The notes under the pieces were generated by a model. The model did no database searches and was not told where the DNA came from. It saw nothing but the letters and a program-made list of their open reading frames with translations. Shown here one piece after another: positions 36,371 through 45,489 of a stretch of 55,377 nucleotides of DNA (position 1 is its first letter; every line of letters begins with the position of its first letter). The translations under genes and the position numbers were made by a program. The stretch comes from a virus. Its lineage: Duplodnaviria > Caudoviricetes. The stretch is from positions 1 to 55,377 of the IMG/VR virus record IMGVR_UViG_3300023095_000122. One strand, 5' to 3'.

Positions 36371-37089
36371 TATACTTTAATTACAGCACCTGGATAACCT
36401 TTCAATAATTCTTCAATTTCTAGCTTCACAGTATCGTATTGCTGAATATCTTCAAACACAATCTTTAACTCTACAGGTGGAGCAGTGGCTACGATATCCG
36501 CAGCACCATCTTCGGGAAGGGAGCTTTCGAAGTCTTCCTGCTCATCATCGGCTGCAGCACCAAAGTCCATCATGATCATACCGAAGTCTTCCAGTTCTAC
36601 TAAATTCCAGTCTTTTTCAAGCAGGTCCCAGTTGTCTTGACCGAAGCCGATATTATCTTTAATGACAATTGCCCGTAGCTTTTCGATAGGAGTATCGGCA
36701 GGTATAATTTTGCAGGGGATGGATTTTGATGTTTTAAGAGCAGTGATATGAGAAAGCCAATAATCATATTGGTATGAAATGTTCTTTTCTTTAAGCTCCT
36801 TCTTTTTAGAGGCGATTAAGTCGCTCCAAGCAGCTTCATCTAAGTTTACAATCTCTGCAGTTGCTTTGTACCGCATGTTACCCGCTAATGCCACATAAGC
36901 ATCTGCATAAGGAATGACGATGCATTCCCGAAGCTCCAACATATCTGGATCATCTACGATTGACCGCAGCAATGCATCAAAGCGTTCATCACGAATAAAT
37001 CTTGGATTAGCTGGCAAACCTTTAATCTGCCCAGTATTAGGCCATATCTCAACAGTAGGTATTAACCTTATTTCAATTTTCATGAGCAA
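36370..37089 (-). CDS. ParB/Srx N-terminal-like protein
   Basis: NPRFIRD..LLRSI, GNMRYKA, IKDNIGFG. Confidence 0.75.
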   Translation of the reverse strand: MLMKIEIRLIPTVEIWPNTGQIKGLPANPRFIRDERFDALLRSIVDDPDMLELRECIVIPYADAYVALAGNMRYKATAEIVNLDEAAWSDLIASKKKELKEKNISYQYDYWLSHITALKTSKSIPCKIIPADTPIEKLRAIVIKDNIGFGQDNWDLLEKDWNLVELEDFGMIMMDFGAAADDEQEDFESSLPEDGAADIVATAPPVELKIVFEDIQQYDTVKLEIEELLKGYPGAVIKV

Positions 37090-37517
37090 GGAATTTGATG
37101 TAAATACTGTTCAGTCATAACGGCAACCGAAGCTTTAAACGTTCTGATTTTCATGTAGGCCCTCGCCTGGTTGATGTAGTAGGTGGTAGACTGGCCGGAA
37201 TAACCTAAGCATTTAGCAAGGGAGGCACGAAGACCGTGTCTTAGCTTACATTCAGCAATTAGAGCATCAGGGTTGAATAACCGCAGGATTGATGCAATGA
37301 AAAGAAGTTTGTGCTGGTAATCTGTTTGCGGTGAGTATGAAAGACACGTAAAATCATAGATCTCTTTGATCATGATCAAGTCATTCATCGCTGGGACTAT
37401 CGCTCTTTGTGCCTCCTCAACTATTTCGGGATGCGTAGCAGATAGTACCTTTAATACTTTTGAATCAATAAGCCATCTTTGTACATCCGTCATACACTTT
37501 CCCATCTGTTTCCACAA
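37080..37517 (-). CDS. Putative DNA-binding protein, candidate late-gene activator (real start probably ATG 37505 or 37493)
   Basis: C-terminal HTH-like LRASLAKCLGYSGQSTTYYI; first gene of the packaging operon. Confidence 0.5.
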   Translation of the reverse strand: MWKQMGKCMTDVQRWLIDSKVLKVLSATHPEIVEEAQRAIVPAMNDLIMIKEIYDFTCLSYSPQTDYQHKLLFIASILRLFNPDALIAECKLRHGLRASLAKCLGYSGQSTTYYINQARAYMKIRTFKASVAVMTEQYLHQIPCS

Positions 37518-37552
37518 ATATAGAAATATTACATTGAATTACAAATATGTAA
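37515..37552 (-). promoter_or_regulatory. Consensus Bacteroidota promoter overlapped by the TTACA motif
   Basis: TTTG (37542-37545)-N19-TATATTTG (37515-37522); motif at 37529-37552. Confidence 0.7.
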
Positions 37553-37601
37553 TATTAAGTAGGCGACTTTGTTTTAGAGTCAGATTTGTTTACTTTCATG
37601 C

Positions 37602-37853
37602 ATGGAAAAGCAGCCATCGGGATCTACCCCTGATTTATCTATTCTCCGGAAGATTCTATTCTGGGACACAGAGATCAAGAATATTGACTGGCAGAAGCAT
37701 TATGCCTTTGTTATAAAGCGCGTCTTTGAAAGAGGTAATGACGATGAGAAACGGGAACTGATAAGGTTTTATGGTGAGGAAAAGATCAAGGAATTAACAG
37801 GTAGTTCTGGCTTAAGTATATTACCCATATTTCCACAAAATAAGAAAAGATAA
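37602..37853 (+). CDS. DUF6922-like protein
   Basis: LFWDT..IDWQKHYAFVIKRVFERG..FYG. Confidence 0.7.
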   Translation: MEKQPSGSTPDLSILRKILFWDTEIKNIDWQKHYAFVIKRVFERGNDDEKRELIRFYGEEKIKELTGSSGLSILPIFPQNKKR

Positions 37854-37913
37854 CATTGTTGTACGTAGATGTAAATCAATATTTATGGTTAAGGCATACA
37901 TGGGCATTTGTGC

Positions 37914-38573
37914 CTATTGCTCGATATTAGTGTTGTGAAATCGTTTTATTTCTTCCATTAACTCATCATCTTGATCACCGAAAGCATCAATCAGGTGCTT
38001 GATTGGAAATTTGAATCTCGATCTATAGTACATTTTTAGCCTTTGTAAAAACATGCCTTCAAGATCACTGTTAAATTTAGATATCAGCACCCTTTCATGT
38101 ATCATCATAAAAGTTCTAATCAAATAGATAAGTCTATTAGTGGTCAAAGCACGTTTAAAGGCCTCATATATATTCGGATTATCTTTGTTGCTTTTAAACA
38201 TATGTGAAACAGAAGCTAGTGCATCGTAGCCATAAGAATGTATATCTTCTTCCCCTTTTTTGACCTTATTATGGTATGCATCATAATCCTTATCCATCTG
38301 ATTAATCAATAAAAATATAATATCACTATCGGCTTTGATTCTTTGATCTTTATTAGCTTCTAATTGCGCGGACAACGCGTCATAGATCAGATAGGCAGAA
38401 AACATACCTACTATCGGACTTGTAATACCTCCAATAGCACTACCAATATTAGATGCTTGATCTGTTGAAAGATTGAGTAGTGGAATTACAGATGGGTACA
38501 TTGCAAGAATGAGACTGCAGAAAGAAACAGTACCCAAGGTTCCCATAACCATTAACATGGAGTTTTTTTTCAT
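37914..38573 (-). CDS. Two-TM membrane protein (moron)
   Basis: IGSAIGGITSPIVGMFSAYLIY..Q..AN; AT-rich. Confidence 0.65.
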   Translation of the reverse strand: MKKNSMLMVMGTLGTVSFCSLILAMYPSVIPLLNLSTDQASNIGSAIGGITSPIVGMFSAYLIYDALSAQLEANKDQRIKADSDIIFLLINQMDKDYDAYHNKVKKGEEDIHSYGYDALASVSHMFKSNKDNPNIYEAFKRALTTNRLIYLIRTFMMIHERVLISKFNSDLEGMFLQRLKMYYRSRFKFPIKHLIDAFGDQDDELMEEIKRFHNTNIEQ

Positions 38574-38658
38574 TGAGAGATAATTTCACTTAAGATAATA
38601 ATTATTTAAAGGTTTTTCCAACACTTTAGATATAGTTATATTGCACTTTTAAATTCAT

Positions 38659-39345
38659 ATGAAAATACCAGAACCTATGACTCTAATATTTGTAGGCGCC
38701 ATTATTGCCGTATTTGGTACTTTTTTAGCGGCCTATGGCACATTCGAGCAGAATAAATCATCATCTAAAAAGAGCGCTATCCAATTACAGAAGCTTGAGC
38801 ATCTTACAGCAAAAAATGAAGAACTATCACGACAGCTATCAGCAACTACAGAAGAAATTAAAAAAAATATAACTGGCGGTGACAACTATCCTAAATTCTT
38901 ACTGAGGTACCACAATAATACCACTTCAATACTTACTTTGGTTAATAGTCATAACAGTCCAATATATGATGTGTCTTGTAGAATTTTAGATATGGACGGT
39001 ATCGATAAAGTAGATCGAAATTTAGGAATTCCTGTAGGCTCTAAACAGCGCCGTAAAAATGGAGATCAATATTCGGTATATGAATTTTATGGAGAGCTGG
39101 GTACGCTAGCTCCAGAATCCGGAAAGGATATGACATTAATCCCATTTAGTTTAACCGGACAATTAAGGCGTTTCACTGGCTATCTATATTGCAGAAATGG
39201 ACTTTTTGTACAGCAGCAAATCTACACTAAGGTGGATCAAAAATGGGTGTATGCTTATCGCATATTCAGACAGATGCATGAAGACAAAATATTAGGTTCC
39301 CACACTGATACTGAATTCCCAGCTGATAAACTGCATTGGTGGTAA
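38659..39345 (+). CDS. Membrane-anchored hypothetical protein (moron)
   Basis: N-terminal TM plus coiled coil. Confidence 0.65.
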   Translation: MKIPEPMTLIFVGAIIAVFGTFLAAYGTFEQNKSSSKKSAIQLQKLEHLTAKNEELSRQLSATTEEIKKNITGGDNYPKFLLRYHNNTTSILTLVNSHNSPIYDVSCRILDMDGIDKVDRNLGIPVGSKQRRKNGDQYSVYEFYGELGTLAPESGKDMTLIPFSLTGQLRRFTGYLYCRNGLFVQQQIYTKVDQKWVYAYRIFRQMHEDKILGSHTDTEFPADKLHWW

Positions 39346-39346
39346 A

Positions 39347-39850
39347 TTAATCTTTGTGATTATAAATGTACTGCTTATCGTAAATACTCTCTATGTGACC
39401 CTTTATGTGGAGACGGCGGAGTGCAGAGTACATCATTCCATATTCGGCTTGTATGTTCTTTTGTATAAATCCACCTGACCATATATTTCCGGTAGGATTT
39501 ATGCAATACGGGTTCACCACGCACCGAGGCTTCCCGTCCAGGCTAACGTATATCAGCCCCCAGTTGTTCGGTAAATCATCCGGTTTGATTAGTCCAGCTG
39601 GACACATGTAAAACCTATAAGTGCCCATCCCTTTTTCCGGATGGATCCTAAATGGCTTTCTGCGGTCAGCAAGGAAATCGGAGCGGCTGACTTTGACTTC
39701 AACCAAGACAGTATTAGCTCCTCCTTGAATACCTATCACATCAGGACATTCACTAGATAGTGTTACAAGCTCTTTGAACGCTACACCGCAGCTGGCTCGC
39801 TTAAGCACCCACTTGTAAGCAATTGGTATTAAATCTTTGTGTGTAAACAT
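39347..39850 (-). CDS. PD-(D/E)XK nuclease-like (MmcB-like) phage protein
   Basis: PDVIG..VEVKVSRSDFLAD. Confidence 0.7.
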   Translation of the reverse strand: MFTHKDLIPIAYKWVLKRASCGVAFKELVTLSSECPDVIGIQGGANTVLVEVKVSRSDFLADRRKPFRIHPEKGMGTYRFYMCPAGLIKPDDLPNNWGLIYVSLDGKPRCVVNPYCINPTGNIWSGGFIQKNIQAEYGMMYSALRRLHIKGHIESIYDKQYIYNHKD

Positions 39851-39885
39851 TTGTATATTAGTTTAAAATTAACAGTCTAAAAATT

Positions 39886-40104
39886 ATGGAAAAAACTGAG
39901 CTTACATTTGAAATTGGCGGATTAGCCAGGCATTTGACGTTTAATAAATCGAAGGATTTACTCATACTCAACCTAACTGAAAAAGAAGTACTAACCAGAT
40001 ATGCTAATGAAGGGGTTTTTTATACTCAATCATTTTTTAAGCATGAATTAGAACCTCATACAAAATCTTCATCAAAACCACATAGAGGAATACTAATAAG
40101 ATAG
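39886..40104 (+). CDS. Hypothetical protein
   Basis: 72 aa, ends at a bidirectional terminator. Confidence 0.5.
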   Translation: MEKTELTFEIGGLARHLTFNKSKDLLILNLTEKEVLTRYANEGVFYTQSFFKHELEPHTKSSSKPHRGILIR

Positions 40105-40109
40105 TGATC

Positions 40110-40145
40110 AAAAATGGGACAGCTCTCACGACTGTCCCATTTTTA
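40110..40145. terminator. Bidirectional terminator
   Basis: AAAAATGGGACAG-N10-CTGTCCCATTTTT. Confidence 0.8.
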
Positions 40146-40643
40146 CACCTTCCGAAGGATCAACCATGTTCCTGTATGCTCTTGTGCATTCTCCCATTGA
40201 TCCCAGTCATTCATGAAAAGCGTATCTTTCACATCATCACTAATGGGAGTATACTTTTCCGCATTAATGTCAGGCTTAGGAAAAGGATTAACAGAGTAGC
40301 ATCCTAATGATTCCAGTTTTTTAATAAAGATTTCTTTGCTAGAATAGCAGATAGGATAATATCCTATCCAATCCTTAACAATCTCCGCGCACTCTTCTTC
40401 CATTATATCAGACGAAATCCCAATAACCTTCAAGCCATCTTTCTCAGGGTATTTTTTACGGCCGCCAAAGTCCTTATACCACAAAATAAATCCTCCTGTG
40501 TGATTTGGTCCAAAATAATAATCCACCATATGATACTCCTTTCCGTCCGAATACTTTACATATTTTAATGTAGGCCAATAGCCTCCATCAGGCACAAGCA
40601 CCGCAATACCTTCAAACTTTTCTGTTTTGATTTCTTTGATCAT
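40143..40643 (-). CDS. Hypothetical protein
   Basis: 166 aa, in operon. Confidence 0.6.
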   Translation of the reverse strand: MIKEIKTEKFEGIAVLVPDGGYWPTLKYVKYSDGKEYHMVDYYFGPNHTGGFILWYKDFGGRKKYPEKDGLKVIGISSDIMEEECAEIVKDWIGYYPICYSSKEIFIKKLESLGCYSVNPFPKPDINAEKYTPISDDVKDTLFMNDWDQWENAQEHTGTWLILRKV

Positions 40644-40897
40644 GATCTTCTAATGTTACGTAGGCGGTACTTAAGTATCCAGTACCGATGGATCTTATAC
40701 TTGTGCCGTATTTTATAATTGGTAATTAATATATCAGTTGAAATAACTGTCCGCTGCACGTGGTAGTGAAACCAGTTCTTACCGGAAACCCTAACTAAAG
40801 CGTCCCAGATGATACATACCATGAATACAATTACGATTATCACAAATCCCCAAAAGACAAGCACGCCTATCAAATGGTATAGAAATGGCATATTCAT
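40640..40897 (-). CDS. Small membrane protein
   Basis: Hydrophobic N-terminus, basic C-terminus, coupled start/stop overlaps. Confidence 0.55.
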   Translation of the reverse strand: MNMPFLYHLIGVLVFWGFVIIVIVFMVCIIWDALVRVSGKNWFHYHVQRTVISTDILITNYKIRHKYKIHRYWILKYRLRNIRRS

Positions 40898-41637
40898 GAT
40901 CTGCCGGTTAATTGTTCACGCATCCATTTTGCGCCCTCAACCCAATCTAGATGTACCTGATAAGATTCTCCATTCTGGATGGTATGTGCATATTCATGTA
41001 AGTAAAGTTTAGCCGCATTATTCATCTCTTCATCACTAACCACCTTAACCGTACTGGTAGGGGATGACTTGAATTGATTTGCGTATTCTTCCATAGCTCC
41101 AATTACATTGAAATCACAGTACCCACCATATTTAGCGTTGAATGAGTTTACTTCATCACCATCATTATCAAAAACCTTTCCTTGATCAAGGATTTCTCTT
41201 GCGCTTTTAAATTCCTTACCGGCACTTGAAAGGGTTGATTCTCTCAATTGCTGAACTTCCTTTTCAAGTTCTTTTATTCGACTTCTTTGAAAGTGCATAA
41301 GCTCTGTCATTTGCTCGTTGTCCTTACCTAAAGCAAGAATAGTTTTTTCCGATTCTTCCTCTGCATCAGCAACAGCACAACATAAAGCAGACAAATCCGC
41401 TTCACCCTTATATTCGTCTCTGAATCGTTTGTAATCATTAGCGGTAATTAAATCCCCTTTATCGATGAGGGATTGAGCGAAGTCAGAAACAAAATCAATA
41501 ATTTCTACACAGTTCCCGTACCTATCAAATAAGTGGAACTTTTTGCGATAATCATCAACTGTATATTTTATGTCCAGTGATTCTGATTTAGCTTCGCAAA
41601 ACTCCTGTGCTGCTGTTCTTAATCGTTCATTAGCCAT
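40894..41637 (-). CDS. Mosaic phage hypothetical protein
   Basis: AMEEYANQF and GAKWMREQ motifs typical of Bacteroidota phage small-gene modules. Confidence 0.6.
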   Translation of the reverse strand: MANERLRTAAQEFCEAKSESLDIKYTVDDYRKKFHLFDRYGNCVEIIDFVSDFAQSLIDKGDLITANDYKRFRDEYKGEADLSALCCAVADAEEESEKTILALGKDNEQMTELMHFQRSRIKELEKEVQQLRESTLSSAGKEFKSAREILDQGKVFDNDGDEVNSFNAKYGGYCDFNVIGAMEEYANQFKSSPTSTVKVVSDEEMNNAAKLYLHEYAHTIQNGESYQVHLDWVEGAKWMREQLTGRS

Positions 41638-41978
41638 TACTTCCTGTTTTTAATGTTCCCCGACATCGTACTTACACTACCATGGACCTGATTACAATCC
41701 ACATCTCCCGACATAGTTGATATAGATCCTCGAACATCCTCTTCGACATTAACATCACCGCTCTGGGTTTTAATATCACCTACACTACCTTTAACGGTAA
41801 TATTAGAACACGAATCAACCTGCAGCTTATCTACATTGCCATTAATCTCAATCGCTATGTTCTTTGAGTCGGGAGTTACATCCTGACCATCTACGAATAC
41901 CTTCCCATTCGCTATTACCACACTTCCACCAGAGAACGATCCCCTGACGTTTATTCCGTTGATTGAAATTGTATTCAT
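41637..41978 (-). CDS. Beta-solenoid repeat protein
   Basis: Repeats TQSGDV, TMSGDV, TMSGNI. Confidence 0.7.
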   Translation of the reverse strand: MNTISINGINVRGSFSGGSVVIANGKVFVDGQDVTPDSKNIAIEINGNVDKLQVDSCSNITVKGSVGDIKTQSGDVNVEEDVRGSISTMSGDVDCNQVHGSVSTMSGNIKNRK

Positions 41979-42046
41979 GATTCATAAGCCCGTTGAATAG
42001 CCTGGCACCAACAAACCCCGCATATCTCTATGCAGGGCGTTGTCGA

Positions 42047-42256
42047 TTAACCTTTTGGTGGAGGAGGAAGTTGACAAGGACACGGACCACAAGGACAATC
42101 ACCGCCAGGACCAATAGGTTTGGTTGGCGTAGTAGGATCAGTAGTAGCCTTGATACTCGGGATCTTCAACTCTGTTTCGGTCTTTTCCTCATCTTTTTTA
42201 CAACCTGTGCCTAGCACGATCATAAGGGCAAATAGCCCGATTATTATATTTTTCAT
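42047..42256 (-). CDS. Small Pro/Cys-rich lipoprotein
   Basis: MKNIIIGLFALMIVLGTG-C-KKDEE lipobox; CPCGPCPC. Confidence 0.6.
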   Translation of the reverse strand: MKNIIIGLFALMIVLGTGCKKDEEKTETELKIPSIKATTDPTTPTKPIGPGGDCPCGPCPCQLPPPPKG

Positions 42257-42334
42257 TCTAACCACCCATTCCCCGCAGCTTTCGTTGCGAGGTTGAGGGT
42301 TGATTTAAGCCCGGTTATTAGCCGGGCGTCTGGT

Positions 42335-42598
42335 TTAAACTTTTCTGTTCAGGAAGTCGATGATTAAGCGGCTCATGTTCTCCGTGATCGGCACACCTTC
42401 AATGGTATTGTAGACCTTACCATCGATTTCACAGTACCCGAAGAGCACGAGTGATTTTTCATAGTCGTCATGAGTATCTTCTAATTTCCCATCGATAACC
42501 GACACATCAAGGAACCTAAACATATCTGGTTCCATTACATGAAGTTGAACCTGTTTACCGTCTTCTAATCTTGCGTTAACTTTTATTACTTCTTCCAT
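42335..42598 (-). CDS. Small acidic protein with its own promoter (start moved to ATG 42598)
   Basis: MEEVIKV..; promoter TTTG-N20-TATATTTG just upstream. Confidence 0.6.
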   Translation of the reverse strand: MEEVIKVNARLEDGKQVQLHVMEPDMFRFLDVSVIDGKLEDTHDDYEKSLVLFGYCEIDGKVYNTIEGVPITENMSRLIIDFLNRKV

Positions 42599-42631
42599 TT
42601 TTAGCGTTGTCGACTTGTTTGTTTCGATATT

Positions 42632-42727
42632 CAAATATAGAACGTTTATTCTATATTACCAAATATTTTATATAATATTTGTTCTATATTTATATATTGT
42701 TCATTCTATAATAATTAACTACTTTTG
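42632..42727. promoter_or_regulatory. Divergent promoters with inverted-repeat operator
   Basis: Minus -7 box at 42632-42639; plus -7 box TACTTTTG at 42720-42727; AATATAGAA-N6-TTCTATATT at 42634-42657; further TTCTATA half-sites. Confidence 0.65.
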
Positions 42728-42731
42728 TCCA

Positions 42732-42956
42732 ATGGATTTAAAGCAATTTCTAAAGGAAAACCCCATGATCAAGCAGGCAGAGCTTGCAAGATTGATGTGG
42801 CCGGATAAGAAGAACACCAATACCAAGCTTGCAAATAAACTATCTGAGGTACAAGGACAGCGCATCACAGATGATGATCTTGCGCGGGCTATTGCGGCTT
42901 TAACCACTTTAGGTGTAAACATCAGCAAGTTCATCATTCAAGGCAAGGAGCTATAA
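42732..42956 (+). CDS. Small HTH protein (start moved to ATG 42732)
   Basis: MDLKQFLKENPMIKQAELARLMW..KLANKL. Confidence 0.65.
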   Translation: MDLKQFLKENPMIKQAELARLMWPDKKNTNTKLANKLSEVQGQRITDDDLARAIAALTTLGVNISKFIIQGKEL

Positions 42957-43442
42957 ACCATACACCATCATCGCCGCATCCCGGGCGTGGTTACTCGTTC
43001 TGCCTGGCCAGCCGGTGATCATCTTAAACTTCTTCGCATCTACCTTCGTCTGGATCTTAGCCGGCGCAACCATTTCAAAGCTGATCCCTTCTGTCCGGAG
43101 AAACTCTTCCCACTGCTTACACTGTATCTTAATCGCTCCGGCACCTTGCTGCTTAGCGTTTGAGCCTGGGCCAAACCATTTTCGTTTTCGGGCATCCTCA
43201 ACCCGGACAAATATTTTATGTCCATCTTTGTCTGCAATTCGCTTAATATTGCTGATAGCGTTGAATGCTTGATGGACTTTAACTGTCTCCACACCCATTA
43301 ATATTTTGGTCCGTTTGCAATACACAGCAAATCCCGTCTTAGTGCCAGGATCTATGCCTACAACAAAATGCAACTTCACCGTTGGCAACTCAATCCGATG
43401 GGTTAAACCCATTTCCTTCTCACTCATTTTGTTCACTCCCAT
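42951..43442 (-). CDS. RuvC-like Holliday junction resolvase
   Basis: VGIDPGTKTGFA, VRVED, HARDAA. Confidence 0.8.
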   Translation of the reverse strand: MGVNKMSEKEMGLTHRIELPTVKLHFVVGIDPGTKTGFAVYCKRTKILMGVETVKVHQAFNAISNIKRIADKDGHKIFVRVEDARKRKWFGPGSNAKQQGAGAIKIQCKQWEEFLRTEGISFEMVAPAKIQTKVDAKKFKMITGWPGRTSNHARDAAMMVYGL

Positions 43443-43456
43443 GGATGTTCAATAAT

Positions 43457-44305
43457 TTAAAACTCTTCATTTACGGCCTCATCGATGGTTCGGCCAAACT
43501 CTTTCAGATCGTCGAACCATTCGATTAATCCAAGCGCCATAGCTCGGCTGATCACCTGCGGATCTTCTGATGCGTTTGCTGTCAGCACTTCAAATGCCGC
43601 AGTCATCCGTCTCTTCTCATCTTTGCTAGTAGCTCGCTTAGGGTTCGCTTCTTTTTTTATTTCAATGAATGCTTTGCTCTTAAGCTTATTCCTGCGTTCC
43701 TCATCAAAATTTATAATTCGAGAACGACGAAGTATCTTGAAATAGAAAGTTGCTTCTACTGGCTGAACAGGAATGCCAGCAAGATAATTTGAGTACAGCA
43801 CGCGCAACCTGACAAGGAAGTTATCCCACTGCTCCTGCGGTGTTGGTTCTGCCTTTGGCTCTTTGCTCTTCTCTTCGATGTTAAGCTGGATAACCTTTGC
43901 ATCTTTCCTGTTATCGCTGAGTAGATAGGCCCTGATCCATCCCGTTACGGTTGCAGGCGCAATACCAAAGAAATCACCGTACTGCCTATCTGATCCCCTT
44001 TTGATTGCAATTGAAACCTCATCAATTGAAACTGCCTGGTATTGTTTTTCGCTGTTCAAAAATTCGGCGAGATAAATCTGCAGTTGAAGAAACTCTTCAG
44101 TTTTTGGCCTTTTAAAGCCGGTATGGTAATATGCTTTTGTCAAGGCATCGTTTAATTTGTTTCCGATCTCATACGGTGGTAGAGCAATTATTTTCGGGCT
44201 TTTAAAGGCTTCGATCAATTCCATGCAAGCGATTGATGGAGTTGAGATAATTTCACCGGCAACTGATATTGATTGACTGTAGCCTTTTAACTGGATTTCT
44301 TTCAT
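43457..44305 (-). CDS. Replication-associated protein (helicase-loader position)
   Basis: Coupled downstream of the initiator; YGDFFG..VTGWIRAY. Confidence 0.5.
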   Translation of the reverse strand: MKEIQLKGYSQSISVAGEIISTPSIACMELIEAFKSPKIIALPPYEIGNKLNDALTKAYYHTGFKRPKTEEFLQLQIYLAEFLNSEKQYQAVSIDEVSIAIKRGSDRQYGDFFGIAPATVTGWIRAYLLSDNRKDAKVIQLNIEEKSKEPKAEPTPQEQWDNFLVRLRVLYSNYLAGIPVQPVEATFYFKILRRSRIINFDEERRNKLKSKAFIEIKKEANPKRATSKDEKRRMTAAFEVLTANASEDPQVISRAMALGLIEWFDDLKEFGRTIDEAVNEEF

Positions 44306-45180
44306 GATTGGCTATTTTGATTGTTTAAATGGGCTTGCTTTTGCATTTCCCAGTAATCTGCACTTGCAGTGTGTAGCTGCAAAGCCGCTTCTGCTTTGCC
44401 TTGTGGAACGACTTCGGTTTTCTTTCCAATTTGAATTTTAACCCAACTGTAGCAATGGCTGCGTGCATCATTCAAATCCCTCTTATCCTGCCCAGCTGCT
44501 CTTTGCTCATCAAAGAATTCCATCACCCAATTTTTTGCTTCATCCAAATTTTTTAATGAAAGTTTTCTGGTCATGTGTTCAAGCCAAATTGTGCTTTGGG
44601 TTAGGCAGATAGTTTCTACATCATCCATGGAAGAATAAACCGAAGAACTGCCCAGTGGAACGGGAAGGTTTTGTGAGAAACTTTCCTCTTTTTTTCCTCC
44701 CTCTTCTCCTGTTTTTACATTTGCGTCCTTCTCCTCTATAGATTTATCTATGTTGTCGGTCACTGTGACTACCTTTATTTGACCATTTTCACTATAAAGG
44801 TGTTCAGTCTGACTACCTTCTTGACTACCTTTATCAGGGGAAAGGACTTCTTTGTGACTACCTTTATTTTTAGAAAGGTGTTCAGTCTGACTACCTTTAG
44901 TAAGGTCATGTAAGGTGTAAACTGTATTTTTTTTCCTTCCATCACCAGCCTGAAAACTGATAAGTCCAGCCTCTTTTAAAACCTTTCTGGAACGCTGAAC
45001 CGTGCTTTCACTTGCACCCGATTCAGCTGCCAGAGTTTCGGTACTTTGATTAAAAGGATTCTTCCTATGCAGATCATTCCACTTGTAAAGCAGAGCGAAA
45101 TAAACAGCCTTTTCATTCGGTGTGAATGAGAACTCTTTATTTATCTTCCAGAAGTGGTTTAATAGATCTATATAATTCAT
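44302..45180 (-). CDS. Replication initiator protein (start probably ATG 45180)
   Basis: MNYIDLLNHFW..wHTH STVQRSRKVLKEAGLISF; internal iterons. Confidence 0.8.
   Translation of the reverse strand: MNYIDLLNHFWKINKEFSFTPNEKAVYFALLYKWNDLHRKNPFNQSTETLAAESGASESTVQRSRKVLKEAGLISFQAGDGRKKNTVYTLHDLTKGSQTEHLSKNKGSHKEVLSPDKGSQEGSQTEHLYSENGQIKVVTVTDNIDKSIEEKDANVKTGEEGGKKEESFSQNLPVPLGSSSVYSSMDDVETICLTQSTIWLEHMTRKLSLKNLDEAKNWVMEFFDEQRAAGQDKRDLNDARSHCYSWVKIQIGKKTEVVPQGKAEAALQLHTASADYWEMQKQAHLNNQNSQS
44766..44897. repeat. Iterons / putative replication origin inside the initiator gene
   Basis: TGACTACCTT at 44766, 44810, 44822, 44855, 44888. Confidence 0.75.
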
Positions 45181-45212
45181 TGAATGCGGTCGGCTAAAAT
45201 ACAATAATTAGT

Positions 45213-45236
45213 TTACATTGATTTACAATATTGTAA
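45213..45236. promoter_or_regulatory. TTACA-N5-TTACA-N4-TGTAA motif upstream of the initiator
   Basis: TTACATTGATTTACAATATTGTAA; possible -7 box TATTTTAG at 45194-45201. Confidence 0.65.
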
Positions 45237-45242
45237 TCTTTA

Positions 45243-45479
45243 CTATGTAAAAATTACATCTTCTGACAGTCCTCTTAAATCCTCTGGGTTGCAATAAAAA
45301 ACCATATCATGCTTATCCCTCACCTTTGAATTGCCCGTGCTGTTATAGAGGCTTAAAATCGTTACCTCTTCAGTCATTGCCTTGAGAGTATCAACAACTC
45401 TACCTCTATGCCCAGAGGATCCTGTCATTTTTACTTTGCTTATACCTGGCACAAGCATCACTTTATCTCCGTTTTTCAT
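45243..45479 (-). CDS. Hypothetical protein
   Basis: 78 aa. Confidence 0.55.
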   Translation of the reverse strand: MKNGDKVMLVPGISKVKMTGSSGHRGRVVDTLKAMTEEVTILSLYNSTGNSKVRDKHDMVFYCNPEDLRGLSEDVIFT

Positions 45480-45489
45480 ATATTATATT

